Assembly: GCA_020637215.1 (NCBI GenBank)
Contig: JACJWI010000009.1
Span: 20,576 to 84,575 of the forward strand
Direction of reading: 5' to 3'
Source: Microthrixaceae bacterium
Lineage (GTDB): Bacteria; Actinomycetota; Acidimicrobiia; Acidimicrobiales; Microtrichaceae
Length of the DNA stretch: 64,000 bases
Positions within the stretch are counted from its first letter, which is position 1. Every line of letters begins with the position of its first letter. Made by a program: the position numbers and the translations under genes. Below are positions 28,258 through 38,535 of the stretch, piece by piece. The notes beneath the pieces were generated by a model. It was given only the letters and a program-made list of their open reading frames with translations. It was not told the origin of the DNA and did no database searches.

Positions 28258-29793
28258 GTGGATCCGTCCGTGCAGACCGACGCCGGACCGGCCCGGGCCC
28301 GGGCGACGATCCGCGGCGTCGTCTGGTTGCAGGCGCTGGCCAACGGGCTCGGCGTCATCGCCGTGTGGGCCTACTTCGCGTTCCTGCTGCCCGGCTCCGA
28401 GGGCGGCCGCATGGAGTCGAGCACCATCAACCTCGTCGCGTTCGGGACCTACACCGCGGTCATGGTGCTGCTCGCCCTGCCGGTCAACGCGCTGCTGCTG
28501 CGGCGGGCCGTGTCCTGGGTCCGCCTGGGCAACCCCCCCACCGAGCACCAGCGTCGCCTGCTGTTCACCCTGCCGACCGTCGAGACCCTCTCCGCGCTGG
28601 TCACCTGGATCGGCGCCGCGGTCCTGTTCGGGGTGATCAACCAGGACGTCGCCCGAATCGGCGTCGGCCTCGCCCTGGCCGGGATCATCGTCTGCACACT
28701 GCTGTACCTGCTGCTCGAGGGTCACTTCCGGCCGCTGTACGCGCTGGCGCTCATCGACGCCGACCTGCCCGAGGACCGACGCGACGTGCTCCCCCGGCTG
28801 ATGCTGGCGTGGCTGATGGGCAGCGCCGTGCCGCTGCTGGCGATCGGCCTCAACCCGTTGATCACCCCGGTCCCGCTCGACGGCAACCGGCTGACGTGGC
28901 TCGCGGTGATCGGCGCGCTGGCCGGCGGCGTGGTGATGGCGGTGGCGTCGGTGTCGGTGTCGCGCCCGCTGAACCGGGTGCGAGAGGCGCTGCGACGGAT
29001 CGAGCAGGGCGATCTGGACACCCACGTCCCCGTCGACGACCTGGGCGAGCTCGGCCGGTTGGCCGAGGGGGTCAACGACCTGGTCGCCGGCATCCGCGAG
29101 CGTGAGGCGTTGCGCGAGGCGTTCGGACGCCAGGTCGGCCAGACCGACCTGGCCGAGCTGGCGATGTCGCACGACGAGCCGACCGCGACCGGCCAACGTC
29201 GGACGGTCACAGTCCTCTTCGTCGACCTGCGCGGCTACACGCTCTTCGCCGAGCGTCACTCCCCCGAGGACGTCGTCGGCATGCTCAACCGATTCTTCGC
29301 CATCGTCGTCGCGGTCGTCGCACGCGAGGGCGGATGGGTCAACAAGTTCGAGGGCGACGCCGCGCTGTGCCTGTTCGGAGCACCCACCGACGACCCCGAC
29401 CACGCCGCCAAGGCGCTGCGGGCCGCCGGGGCCATCCCCCGCGAGCTGGCCCGGGCCGACACGGTGCTCCGGGCCGGGATCGGCGTCGCGACCGGTGAGG
29501 TGATCGCCGGGTTCATCGGGACGCCCGAGCGCTTCGAGTACACGGTGATCGGCGACGTGGTCAACGTCGCGTCGCGGCTGTGCGACATGGCCAAGGACGA
29601 GTCGAGCGGCGTGCTGGCCACCCGCGCCGCCGTCGACGCGGCCGGGAGCCCGGAGGAGTGGCGGCCCGGCGGGCGGCTCGCGGTGCGGGGCCGGCGTGAG
29701 AAGGCCGACGTCTACACGCTCGAGGCGGACCGCGGGCCGTGGTGGTCGAGGGTGACGCCCCGTTCGGTGAGGGCGAGCCGCAGCGCCCCGTAG
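28258..29793 (+). CDS. Membrane class III adenylate cyclase with HAMP domain
   Basis: Six TMs, HAMP (PLNRVREALRRIEQGDL), FVDLRGYT, KFEGDA, YTVIGDVVNVASRL. Start approximate. Confidence 0.92.
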   Translation: MDPSVQTDAGPARARATIRGVVWLQALANGLGVIAVWAYFAFLLPGSEGGRMESSTINLVAFGTYTAVMVLLALPVNALLLRRAVSWVRLGNPPTEHQRRLLFTLPTVETLSALVTWIGAAVLFGVINQDVARIGVGLALAGIIVCTLLYLLLEGHFRPLYALALIDADLPEDRRDVLPRLMLAWLMGSAVPLLAIGLNPLITPVPLDGNRLTWLAVIGALAGGVVMAVASVSVSRPLNRVREALRRIEQGDLDTHVPVDDLGELGRLAEGVNDLVAGIREREALREAFGRQVGQTDLAELAMSHDEPTATGQRRTVTVLFVDLRGYTLFAERHSPEDVVGMLNRFFAIVVAVVAREGGWVNKFEGDAALCLFGAPTDDPDHAAKALRAAGAIPRELARADTVLRAGIGVATGEVIAGFIGTPERFEYTVIGDVVNVASRLCDMAKDESSGVLATRAAVDAAGSPEEWRPGGRLAVRGRREKADVYTLEADRGPWWSRVTPRSVRASRSAP

Positions 29794-30245
29794 GCGTGCA
29801 GGCCCATGTGGCGACGCCACAGGCGGGCGAGGCCGTCGACGAACCGTGGACCGTGGCCCGCTTCGGCCGACCAGCGACCCGGGTCCCGCCAGGATCCGGT
29901 GGCGACGTGCGCGAGCTCGTGCAGCACCGTGACCATGTCCCAGGAGCCGTCGCGGATCCATATGACGCCGTCCCAGCCGTCGTCGGTGACGTGCGCGGCG
30001 GAGAAGGTGGCCGACCGCGACCGGCGGTGCAGCTCGACCGACACCGGGGCGTCGGGGAACTGCTGCTCCCACCACGGCTCGGTCATGGCCGCGCCGACGA
30101 ACCGCTCCAGCTCGACGAAGCGTGCGAACCGACGGCCGCCGTCGGGCGCCGCGGCCGTCTCGGCCGCGTAGACCGCGGTCCGGTCGGGGTCCCCGTCGGG
30201 CCCGGCCGGCGGCGCGGGACCCGGTCCGGCGGGCCGTTCAGCCAC
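29712..30245 (-). CDS. HEXXH metallohydrolase (TIGR04338-like)
   Basis: VLHELAHV...GHGPRFV; downstream of the DUF2786 gene as in the usual actinobacterial pair. Start approximate. Confidence 0.75.
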   Translation of the reverse strand: MAERPAGPGPAPPAGPDGDPDRTAVYAAETAAAPDGGRRFARFVELERFVGAAMTEPWWEQQFPDAPVSVELHRRSRSATFSAAHVTDDGWDGVIWIRDGSWDMVTVLHELAHVATGSWRDPGRWSAEAGHGPRFVDGLARLWRRHMGLHAYGALRLALTERGVTLDHHGPRSASSV

Positions 30246-31047
30246 GACGCAGTCCGCGGGGCCCACCGATCGACTCACGGGTGATCGCCGCGTCGCGTCC
30301 GGCCGCCCGCCCCGCGTGGTGCCCGGCTCGGGATCCACCGGTCGAGGCCCGGGTGGTCTGGGTGTGCGGGAACCGCTTGCGGAACTCGTCGCGCACCTCC
30401 TCGGATCGCTCGACGAGCACCAGCGACACCGAGTGGCCGTTGCGGTCGCCCCGACGGCCGCCGTCGTCGAAGGCGTCGGCGTCGCGGGCCGCCACCTCGC
30501 GGTCGGCCTGGAGCCGATTGCCGACCTCTTCGGAGAAGCCGATGATGAAGCTGCGACGCCACCCGGCGGACTGCGCCGAGGTGAGGCCGCGGGGGCATCG
30601 GGCCAGCATGGCGGCCGTGAGCTGCACCAGCAGGCTGGTCACCAGCGTCTCGATCCAGCGCAGGTCGGTGGGGAACCCGATCACGGCGACCACTTCGCCG
30701 TCGCGGGCCGACCCCGAGCCGAACCGGATGGCGCGGCAACCGTGCGCGGCGGCGACCCGACCCACCAGCACCGACTTCTGGGCGACGTAGGGCGAGTGGA
30801 CGACCAGGCGCAGCTCGTCGGGGTGCTCCCGGCCCCGTGACGTGCTGGCCCAGATGAGCGCCTCGCTGATGGCGTAGCGGGCGATCAGCTCCGAGGCCTT
30901 GTTGAAGAACGCTTCGGCCTCCTCGGGGAACTCGGTGGCCTCGGCCTTGGCGAGCAGCCCCCGGATGGTGGCCAGACGTCGGTCGTCGACCGATCCGTCG
31001 GTGAGGTCGATGGGGTCGTCGGCCCCGCGGTCGTTCTGGTCTGCCAT
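30238..31047 (-). CDS. DUF2786 domain protein
   Basis: IRGLLAKAEATEFPEEAEAFFNKASELIARYAI; RRSFIIGF. Confidence 0.88.
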   Translation of the reverse strand: MADQNDRGADDPIDLTDGSVDDRRLATIRGLLAKAEATEFPEEAEAFFNKASELIARYAISEALIWASTSRGREHPDELRLVVHSPYVAQKSVLVGRVAAAHGCRAIRFGSGSARDGEVVAVIGFPTDLRWIETLVTSLLVQLTAAMLARCPRGLTSAQSAGWRRSFIIGFSEEVGNRLQADREVAARDADAFDDGGRRGDRNGHSVSLVLVERSEEVRDEFRKRFPHTQTTRASTGGSRAGHHAGRAAGRDAAITRESIGGPRGLRRG

Positions 31048-31125
31048 GCGCTCCAGCCTGACACGGCGCTCCGACATCGGTCACCGGGGAGCGCGACCCG
31101 GTGTTCGGCCCGGCCGGGCTGCGGA

Positions 31126-32082
31126 TCAGGCCGTCAGCAGCACGCGGAGACGGCGCCTCAGCTTCGGGCGGTCGAACTCCGACCACGCCTCCCGACAGTG
31201 GTCGTGAGCCCGATCGGAGCGCTCGTGCAGCGTGTTGGCGACGACGCCGGCGGCCAACGCCGCCCGGCCTCCCGCGCTGACGCCGATCGTCTCGATCCAC
31301 GCCGCCTGGACGTGGTGGTCCTGCAGCCGACCCAGGGTGTCCTGCAGGTCGGCGAGTCGACGTGGCACCTGCTCGAAGGCGCTGTCGGGGTACATGGGGG
31401 CGAACGCGGCGACCAGGTAGCGGAACCGCTTGATCGCCTTGCGCAGGTCGTGCCAGGCGTCGAGGTCGTCGGTGGACATGGCCCGCCGGCCCCGGCGGCG
31501 CAACCGGCGGTACGACGACCAGATGAGCTGGTCGGACACCTCGCCCATCGGTCGGCGGGCGTCCGGTCCGGGATCGCTGCCCCCCACCCGGACGACGGCG
31601 GTCATCGCCTGCCAGCGCCTCAGCAGGACCGGGTAGCGATCGCCGTCGAGCTCGGCGACCAGCGCGTCGAAGGCATCGGCGCGCTGTGCGGCGACGGCGA
31701 CGCGGAGCTCGTCGAGGGCGTCGTGCAGCTCCGGCACGACCGACCGGCCGAGGTCGTCCAGGTCGACGAGCAGGACGTCGAGGTCACGGACCGGCGAGGT
31801 CACGTTGGCGAACCACGACGCCAACGCCTGCAGCAGGACCAGTTCCTCGGACGGCAGGACGTCGGACCCCACCGCCATCAGCGACCGGGCCCGCCGCAGG
31901 CTCACCCGGAACCGGTGCAGATCCTCGGGATCACCGTCGGAGCGGACCGCCGGTTCGGCCTCCCGGAAGTCCTCGAGGTACGTACCGAGGACCAGCGGAA
32001 GGACGCGACCGGCGGGCTGGTCCCGGTCCGACGGCCCGAGCCGCCACGGATCGGTGCACCCTCCCGCCGTCGAACCGTCCAT
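31126..32082 (-). CDS. CHAD domain protein
   Basis: EDLHRFRVSLRRARSL, PVRDLDV, WHDLRKAIKRFRY, LQDTLGRLQDHHV. Start uncertain. Confidence 0.9.
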   Translation of the reverse strand: MDGSTAGGCTDPWRLGPSDRDQPAGRVLPLVLGTYLEDFREAEPAVRSDGDPEDLHRFRVSLRRARSLMAVGSDVLPSEELVLLQALASWFANVTSPVRDLDVLLVDLDDLGRSVVPELHDALDELRVAVAAQRADAFDALVAELDGDRYPVLLRRWQAMTAVVRVGGSDPGPDARRPMGEVSDQLIWSSYRRLRRRGRRAMSTDDLDAWHDLRKAIKRFRYLVAAFAPMYPDSAFEQVPRRLADLQDTLGRLQDHHVQAAWIETIGVSAGGRAALAAGVVANTLHERSDRAHDHCREAWSEFDRPKLRRRLRVLLTA

Positions 32083-32150
32083 CGGTTCAGTCTCGCAGGA
32101 CGACGGCGCGATCCGACGCCACCATCGGACGATTTCGGTCCCTCATCGGC

Positions 32151-32202
32151 GATTCCGATGACAGTTGAGTACCGCGGTTGTCGTGACTTGTCGTCAGAAA
32201 CC
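32151..32202. repeat. Intergenic repeat family A, copy 3
   Basis: gattccgatgacagttgagtaccgcggttgtcgtgacttgtcgtcagaaacc. Confidence 0.9.
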
Positions 32203-32223
32203 TGGGTTTGGGGATGGGGGGGC

Positions 32224-34572
32224 TCAGGCCGTGGTCTCGGCCACGTCATCGCCGAACGACGTCGACTGCGACTTGGAGTAGATCACCGAGCCGATGACGA
32301 CCACCAGCGCCGCGGCGGCGATGAAGTACCGGGCCACGTCGTTGTCGCTCAGCGACAGGATCGCCGGCAGCACCAGCAGCGACACCAGGTTCATTACCTT
32401 GATCAACGGGTTGATCGCAGGACCGGCGGTGTCCTTGAACGGGTCGCCGACCGTGTCGCCGATGACGACGGCCTTGTGCACATCGGAGCCCTTGCCGCCC
32501 AGGTTGCCCTCTTCGATGTACTTCTTGCCGTTGTCCCAGGCACCGCCCGAGTTCGACAGGAAGTTCGCCATCAGGGCGCCGACGACGATTGTGGCGGCCA
32601 GGTAGCCGCCGAGGGCCATGGCGCCGAGGCCGAAGCCGACGACGACCGGCATCAGCACCGCGAGCAGCGCCGGGGTGGTCAGCTCCCGCAGGGCGGCGCC
32701 GGTGCAGATGTCGATGACCGGCCCGTAGTCGGGCTTCTCGGAGTAGTCCATGATCCCGGGCTTCTCCCGGAACTGCCGCCGCACCTCCTGCACCACGGTG
32801 CCGGCGGTCCGGCCCACGGCCAGGATGGCCAGCGACGAGAACAGGAACACGACCGTGCCGCCGATGAGCGCTCCGGCGAAGGTCTTGGGATCGGCGATGT
32901 TGATCGACACGGCGTCGAACGCCGCGGCGACGTCGAGCTCGCGCACGGCGTTGCCGACCTCGGTCATGGCCGTCGACGCGATCGTCTCGCGGAACGACGC
33001 GAACAGGGCCACCGCGGCGATGACCGCGGATCCGATGGCGAAGCCCTTGGTCACGGCCTTGGTGGTGTTGCCGACGGTGTCGAGGCCGTCGAGGATCCGT
33101 TCGGTCTCACCCTCGAGCTCGCCGGACATCTCGGCGATGCCCTGGGCGTTGTCGGCGATCGGGCCGAAGGTGTCCTCGGCGACGACGATGCCGGTGGTCG
33201 ACAGCATGCCGATGCCGGTCAGGGCGACCATGTAGAAGGCGAACAGCGAGCTGCCCCCGCCCAGGCCGAGGCCGACCAGGATGGCGACGGCGATGGCGAC
33301 AACCGCCCACACCGCGGACTCCATGCCCGAGGAGATGCCCGACAGGACGACGGTCGCGGGACCGGTCCGTCCGGACTCGGCGATGTCCTTGACCGGCTTG
33401 AACTGGCTGGACGTGTAGTACTGGGTGATCCGGCTGGCGGCCTGGCCGAGCACGACGCCGGCGACGATGGCGATGAACATCCGCAGGCCGACGTTGCTGA
33501 CTTCGGAGCCACGGGGGTCACCCACATAGGCGAAGGCGATGACCGCCGCTCCGACCAGGGCGATGACCGACGCGACGTTGAGGCCCCGGTTGATCGGCTT
33601 GAGGGCGTCGGTCTCACCCGGACGGGCCTTGACGAGGAAGATCGACACGATCGACGCCAGCAGGCCGACGGCCATCATGGCCAGCGGGAAGATGAGGCCC
33701 TTGGCGGCGTTGCCGCCGCCGATGCCGATGGCCCGGAAGGCGGTGACGCCCAGGATGATGTTGGCGACCAGCACGACGCCGAACGACTCGAAGAGGTCCG
33801 AGGCCATGCCGGCGCAGTCACCGACGTTGTCGCCCACGTTGTCGGCGATGGTGGCCGGGTTGCGCTTGTCGTCCTCGGGGATGCCGGCCTCGACCTTGCC
33901 GACCAGGTCCGCGCCGACGTCGGCGGCCTTGGTGAAGATGCCGCCGCCGACCCGCAGGAACAGCGCCAGCAGCGACCCGCCGAAGCCGAAGCCGACCAGG
34001 ATGGCCGACGCGGTGTTCTGGAAGACCATGACGATGAGGGTGGCGCCGAACAGCCCCAGGCCGGCGGTGAACAGACCGATGGTGCCACCGGCGCGGAACG
34101 CGACCTGCAGCGCGGCGTCCATGGAACCGGTCTTGGCCGCCGCTGCGGTGCGGATGTTGGCGCGGGTGGCGAGCCACATGCCGAGGAAGCCGATGAAGCC
34201 CGAGAAGGCGGCTCCGGCCAGGAACGCGAGCGTGCGGAAGATGCCGGACTGGACCCGGTCGAGCCCCTCGGTCCCCGACACGTTCAGCACCTCGGTCGAG
34301 GTGGCGAACACCACGACGGCGAGGGGGACGACGATCAGCAGGATGGTGCGGAACTGGCGCTTGATGTAGGCCATCGCGCCTTCCTGGACCGCCGAGGCGA
34401 TCTCCTCCATCTCGGCGGTGCCGGTCTGCTTGCTCAGCACGCCCTGCATCATGAAGTAGCCGGCGATCAGGGCGATGGCGGCGACCGCCATGGAGAAGAT
34501 CAGCCAGAACCACTCGGAGCTACCGAGAGTGAAGATCTGGTAGCCGCCCTCGGCGGCGAAGGTCTGCGTCAT
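32224..34572 (-). CDS. hppA: Membrane pyrophosphatase, K+-independent H+-PPase type
   Basis: DVGADLVGKVE, DNVGDNVGD, DNAQGIAEMS, GDTVGDPFKDTAGP; GNTTKA carries the Lys of the K+-independent class. Confidence 0.95.
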   Translation of the reverse strand: MTQTFAAEGGYQIFTLGSSEWFWLIFSMAVAAIALIAGYFMMQGVLSKQTGTAEMEEIASAVQEGAMAYIKRQFRTILLIVVPLAVVVFATSTEVLNVSGTEGLDRVQSGIFRTLAFLAGAAFSGFIGFLGMWLATRANIRTAAAAKTGSMDAALQVAFRAGGTIGLFTAGLGLFGATLIVMVFQNTASAILVGFGFGGSLLALFLRVGGGIFTKAADVGADLVGKVEAGIPEDDKRNPATIADNVGDNVGDCAGMASDLFESFGVVLVANIILGVTAFRAIGIGGGNAAKGLIFPLAMMAVGLLASIVSIFLVKARPGETDALKPINRGLNVASVIALVGAAVIAFAYVGDPRGSEVSNVGLRMFIAIVAGVVLGQAASRITQYYTSSQFKPVKDIAESGRTGPATVVLSGISSGMESAVWAVVAIAVAILVGLGLGGGSSLFAFYMVALTGIGMLSTTGIVVAEDTFGPIADNAQGIAEMSGELEGETERILDGLDTVGNTTKAVTKGFAIGSAVIAAVALFASFRETIASTAMTEVGNAVRELDVAAAFDAVSINIADPKTFAGALIGGTVVFLFSSLAILAVGRTAGTVVQEVRRQFREKPGIMDYSEKPDYGPVIDICTGAALRELTTPALLAVLMPVVVGFGLGAMALGGYLAATIVVGALMANFLSNSGGAWDNGKKYIEEGNLGGKGSDVHKAVVIGDTVGDPFKDTAGPAINPLIKVMNLVSLLVLPAILSLSDNDVARYFIAAAALVVVIGSVIYSKSQSTSFGDDVAETTA

Positions 34573-34782
34573 GGGTTTCCCTCGTGATGTCGTCGCGGAC
34601 CGGGTGTCGGTCGGCGCGCGCCCGCTGCGGGATGCGGTGTGGGCGCGGACCGGGGACGGTTCCGGTCCCAGCGGTACCGGGGCAGTTCAGTGGACGGGGC
34701 GCCCGTCCGTCAAAATCCCGGCGGCGGACCGATCGGATCGACGGCCCGGAACCGTCACCGGTCGATCAGCCGGACGCGCCGC

Positions 34783-35451
34783 TCAGCCGGCGGCGTGCGC
34801 CTTCTTGGCGCGCCGCGACTTGATCACCTCGATGGCGATGGGGATCAGCGACACCGCCACCACCATCAGCAGGGCGAGCTCGATGTTGTCGGCGATCAAC
34901 GGCACGTTGCCCAGGAAGTAGCCGAGCAGGGTGACGCCGACGCCCCACAGGAAGCCGCCGACCACGTTGAAGCGCACGAAGGTGCCGTACTCCATCTGCC
35001 CGGCCCCGGCCACGATCGGACAGAAGGTCCGCACGATCGGCACGAACCTGGCCAGCACGATGGCCCGTGGGCCGTGGTGCTCGAAGAAGCTCTGCGCCTT
35101 CTCCAGGTGCTCCTGCTTGAAGAAGCGCGAGTCGGGACGGCTGAACAGGGCGGGGCCGGCCTTGCGTCCGAACAGGTAGCCGACCTGGTCGCCGGCGACC
35201 GCGGCGATGGCCACGCCCAGGCACAGCACCCAGATGTTGAACTGGACGTTGGGGAGCTTGTCCTCGAAGGTCCCCGCGGCGAACATCCCGGCGGTGAACA
35301 GCAGGGAGTCGCCCGGCAGGAAGAACCCGATCAGCAGGCCGGACTCCGCGAAGACGATGGCGAAGATGAGCAGGTAGCCGCCCCGGGAGATGATCTTCTC
35401 GGGGTCGAGCCAGTCCGGCAGCAGCGCGAACAGAGGGGCCAGGTTCAGCAC
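34783..35451 (-). CDS. DedA family membrane protein
   Basis: FAESGLLIGFFLPGDSLLF, GDQVGY, LARFVPIVRTF. Confidence 0.93.
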   Translation of the reverse strand: MLNLAPLFALLPDWLDPEKIISRGGYLLIFAIVFAESGLLIGFFLPGDSLLFTAGMFAAGTFEDKLPNVQFNIWVLCLGVAIAAVAGDQVGYLFGRKAGPALFSRPDSRFFKQEHLEKAQSFFEHHGPRAIVLARFVPIVRTFCPIVAGAGQMEYGTFVRFNVVGGFLWGVGVTLLGYFLGNVPLIADNIELALLMVVAVSLIPIAIEVIKSRRAKKAHAAG

Positions 35452-35476
35452 GGGCGCTCAGGGTAGCGGGGCGCGC

Positions 35477-38400
35477 TCATCCCGACCCACCGGGGGCCGC
35501 GGCCGTCGGAGCGCCGGCAGGCGGTGTTGTCGTCGACGGGGTCGTCGACGGTGCTGTCGTGGACGAGGCCGATGAGCGCGACAGCGCCTGCTCCGCCCGG
35601 CGCATCAGGTCCCGGGCATCGGCCACCGCATCCTGGTAGCCGCCCAGGTCCCCGGCCTTCAGCTTCTTGTCGGCCTCGTCGAAGCGGGCGTCCGCGTCGG
35701 CGAGCAGTTCCGTGGCGCTGCGGCCCTCGGAGCCGGACGGTTCGGAGTCCGAGGGCTCGGTCGTGGACGGGGCCGGTCCCTCGGTGGGGGTCAGGGTGTC
35801 GGCGGGCTGCTCGACCGCTCCGCTGTCGTCGCCGTCGAGCAGATCGGCCACTGCGGAGTCGATCGTCTCACCGAAGCCGACCGAGTCCCCGTTGGTCACC
35901 GCCACCCGGGTCAACGCGTAGCGGCCGCTCTGCTCGGCCTTGGCGTAGATGGGGCGGGCGTAGAGCAACGAGTTGCCGAACGGCAGGATCAGCATGTTGC
36001 CGTAGCGGACGCTCGACCCGTTCCGACCGACGATCGTCTGGTACTGCGACACCGGTTCGTAGGTGACGATCTTCTGGTGCGCCTGCAGCGGACCGTCCAC
36101 CTTGGGTCCGTTCGAGTCGGAGTCGCCGCTGCCCATCACGATCTGGCGGAGCTGCCCGTAGGAACCGGGGTCGTTGGAGGCGATCATCACCGAGGTGAGG
36201 TTGCGACCGCTCTCGTCGTTGGAGGACAGGACGAACGGGCGGGTCAGCAGGAACTCGGCCGGGGCATCGGGCGTCAGCTGCATCATCTGGTAGTACGGCT
36301 CGATGCGGGGCAGGTTGGTGGTGGTCTGACCGGTCGCCGGGTCTTGGGAGACAGCGGTGGACGCCGAGTTCGGCGGCTGCTGGGCGATGCTCCAGCGGTC
36401 GCTGTTGTTGAAGAACGCCGAGGGGTCCGACTGGTGGTATCGACCCCAGGCCTCGGTCTGGACCTTGAACATCAGCTCCGGGTAGCGGAAGTGCCGGCTG
36501 AGCGACTCGGGGATGTCGGTCTGGTACAGGTCGGGGAACGCCCTGGCCCAGGCGCGGATGATCGGGTCCTTCCTGCCGCCGTAGAGCGTGTCGGTCAGGT
36601 ACAGCGTGACGGTGCCGTCGTAGGCGTCGACGACGGCCTTGACGCTGTTGCGCATGTAGTTGAACGAGCCCTGGAGGCGGGCGTCGATGCTCGAGGCGTC
36701 GATCGACTGGCCGTACGGGTAGGTGTCGGCGGTGGTGTAGGCGTCGATGACGTACTTGATGCGGCCGTCGACCATGACCGGGTAGGGATCGGTGTCCAGG
36801 GTCAGGTAGGGGGCGACGGCGTTGACCCGCTCGGTGACGTCGCGGCGGTAGATGACCTTGGAGCGCTCGGTCAGGTTGCTCGAGATCATCGGTTCGATCT
36901 GCCCGAACCGCAGGGCGAACGCGGCGCGGCGGGCCATCGAGTCGAGCGGGACGCCCGAACTCCCGGTGTAGGACGTGGAGACCTGATCGGTCGACAGCTC
37001 CTTCTGGTCGGTGCCGACGATCGCGTAGCCCCCCATCCCCTCACCGTGGTAGATCTCGGGCCGCTTCAGCTCCGGGAGGCCCTTGGTCTGAGCGGGGATC
37101 CCCCACACCAGGAAGTCGGGTTCACCCCGGCTGTTGGTCGAGTTGGCCGGGGCCAGCGCCAGGCCGTACCCGTGGGTGAAGATCAGGTGCAGCTTCTCCC
37201 ACGTGGCGTCCTTGATGCCGGCCGCGTTCAGCTCGCGGGCCGACACGATGACCGGGACGCGGTCCGGTGCCGGGGTCTGGCCGTCGGCGGCCTCGACCAC
37301 GTAGCGGTCCACGTCGATGTCGTCGAACCGGTAGAACTCGCGCTCGAACTCCAGCTCCTGCACGGTGGGCTGGATGACCGCCGGGTCGAGCAGTCGGGCG
37401 TCGGCCAGGTTGGTCCGCTGGGCCTCGATCGCGGCGGGGGTGACCGTCTTCTGGTAGTCGAAGGCGACCTCGGTGACGTCGCCGAGACCGAGCGCCTCAC
37501 GCGTCGCGTCGATGTTGCGGGTGATGAACGGCCGCTCCTTGGAGAGCTCGGCCGGCGACACCTGGAAGCGCTGCACGAACGCCGGGTAGACCGACCCGAC
37601 GATCAGGGCGACCAGCACCCACAGGGCCACGACGATGCCGGGCATGATCCAGCCCCGCCGCCAGATGTTCACGATGAACAGCACGGCGACGAACACCGAG
37701 ATCAGGATCAGGAACTCGGTCGCCGGGATCCGGGCGTTGACCGCCGTGTAGCCCGCGCCGTCGAACGAGCTGCCCGACGCGAAGGTCAGCTCGAAGCGCT
37801 GGAGGGCGTAGTCGGCGGCCTTGACCAGGGCGGCGAGGGCGAGCAGGACCGACAGCTGCGCCTTCGCGTTCTGGGTGATGCGCTCCCCCATCGGCTGCAG
37901 GCGGATCGCTCCGTTCAGGTAGTGGACGACCGCGACGATCACGGCGGTGACCAGCAGGAACGCGAAGAGCCAGTCGACCACCAACGACAGGAACGGGAGC
38001 TTGAAGACGTAGAAGCCGATGTCGGTGCCGAACTGCTCGTCGGCCTGACCGAAGGACCCGCCGAAGCGGAACAGCAGCCACGCCTTCCACTGGTTCGCCG
38101 CGCTCAGCCCCGGGACGAGCGCGACGAGCAGGGCCAGGGCGAAGCTCAGGACACGCTGTCGGCCGTCGACCAGCTGGCGGTAGCGGACGACGACCTCGTC
38201 CTCGGGACCGACCACCGGCCGGAACCGGGGAGCCAGGCGTTCCGCCACCAGCAGGTTCACGAAGAGGATGACGAAGAACACCAACGTCACCGCGACGCCC
38301 AGCGTGAGGCGGGCCGACAGCAGCCGTCGCCAGACCGCGCTGAGGTCCAACGAGTCGAACCACAGGAAGTCGGTCCAGAAGGTGGCGATCGCCCGGAGGG

Positions 38401-38518
38401 ACAGCGCGAGCAGGATCAGGACGCCGGCGAGGATCCCGAGAGCCCAGCGGGCCCGGTTGGGGCGCGGCCCCCGTTCCTTGCGCTCGCGCCGCGGGGGCCG
38501 GGGCATGTCGTCGGGCAT
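35477..38518 (-). CDS. UPF0182 family membrane protein
   Basis: FWTDFLWFDSL, DIGFYVFKLPF, DIDVDRY, FTHGYG, YMRNSVKAVVDAYDGTV. Confidence 0.93.
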   Translation of the reverse strand: MPDDMPRPPRRERKERGPRPNRARWALGILAGVLILLALSLRAIATFWTDFLWFDSLDLSAVWRRLLSARLTLGVAVTLVFFVILFVNLLVAERLAPRFRPVVGPEDEVVVRYRQLVDGRQRVLSFALALLVALVPGLSAANQWKAWLLFRFGGSFGQADEQFGTDIGFYVFKLPFLSLVVDWLFAFLLVTAVIVAVVHYLNGAIRLQPMGERITQNAKAQLSVLLALAALVKAADYALQRFELTFASGSSFDGAGYTAVNARIPATEFLILISVFVAVLFIVNIWRRGWIMPGIVVALWVLVALIVGSVYPAFVQRFQVSPAELSKERPFITRNIDATREALGLGDVTEVAFDYQKTVTPAAIEAQRTNLADARLLDPAVIQPTVQELEFEREFYRFDDIDVDRYVVEAADGQTPAPDRVPVIVSARELNAAGIKDATWEKLHLIFTHGYGLALAPANSTNSRGEPDFLVWGIPAQTKGLPELKRPEIYHGEGMGGYAIVGTDQKELSTDQVSTSYTGSSGVPLDSMARRAAFALRFGQIEPMISSNLTERSKVIYRRDVTERVNAVAPYLTLDTDPYPVMVDGRIKYVIDAYTTADTYPYGQSIDASSIDARLQGSFNYMRNSVKAVVDAYDGTVTLYLTDTLYGGRKDPIIRAWARAFPDLYQTDIPESLSRHFRYPELMFKVQTEAWGRYHQSDPSAFFNNSDRWSIAQQPPNSASTAVSQDPATGQTTTNLPRIEPYYQMMQLTPDAPAEFLLTRPFVLSSNDESGRNLTSVMIASNDPGSYGQLRQIVMGSGDSDSNGPKVDGPLQAHQKIVTYEPVSQYQTIVGRNGSSVRYGNMLILPFGNSLLYARPIYAKAEQSGRYALTRVAVTNGDSVGFGETIDSAVADLLDGDDSGAVEQPADTLTPTEGPAPSTTEPSDSEPSGSEGRSATELLADADARFDEADKKLKAGDLGGYQDAVADARDLMRRAEQALSRSSASSTTAPSTTPSTTTPPAGAPTAAAPGGSG

Positions 38519-38535
38519 CCGCACGGCGGATGAGG

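Noticed and set aside
31198-34587. 1129-aa plus-strand ORF
   Set aside because: Antisense shadow of hppA and the CHAD gene; similar shadows at 26907-29105, 36077-38533, 48631-50631 and 58562-62062 were also dismissed.
34573-34782. Riboswitch upstream of hppA
   Set aside because: Only a short GC hairpin (ggacggg/cccgtcc); no recognisable fluoride or other aptamer consensus.
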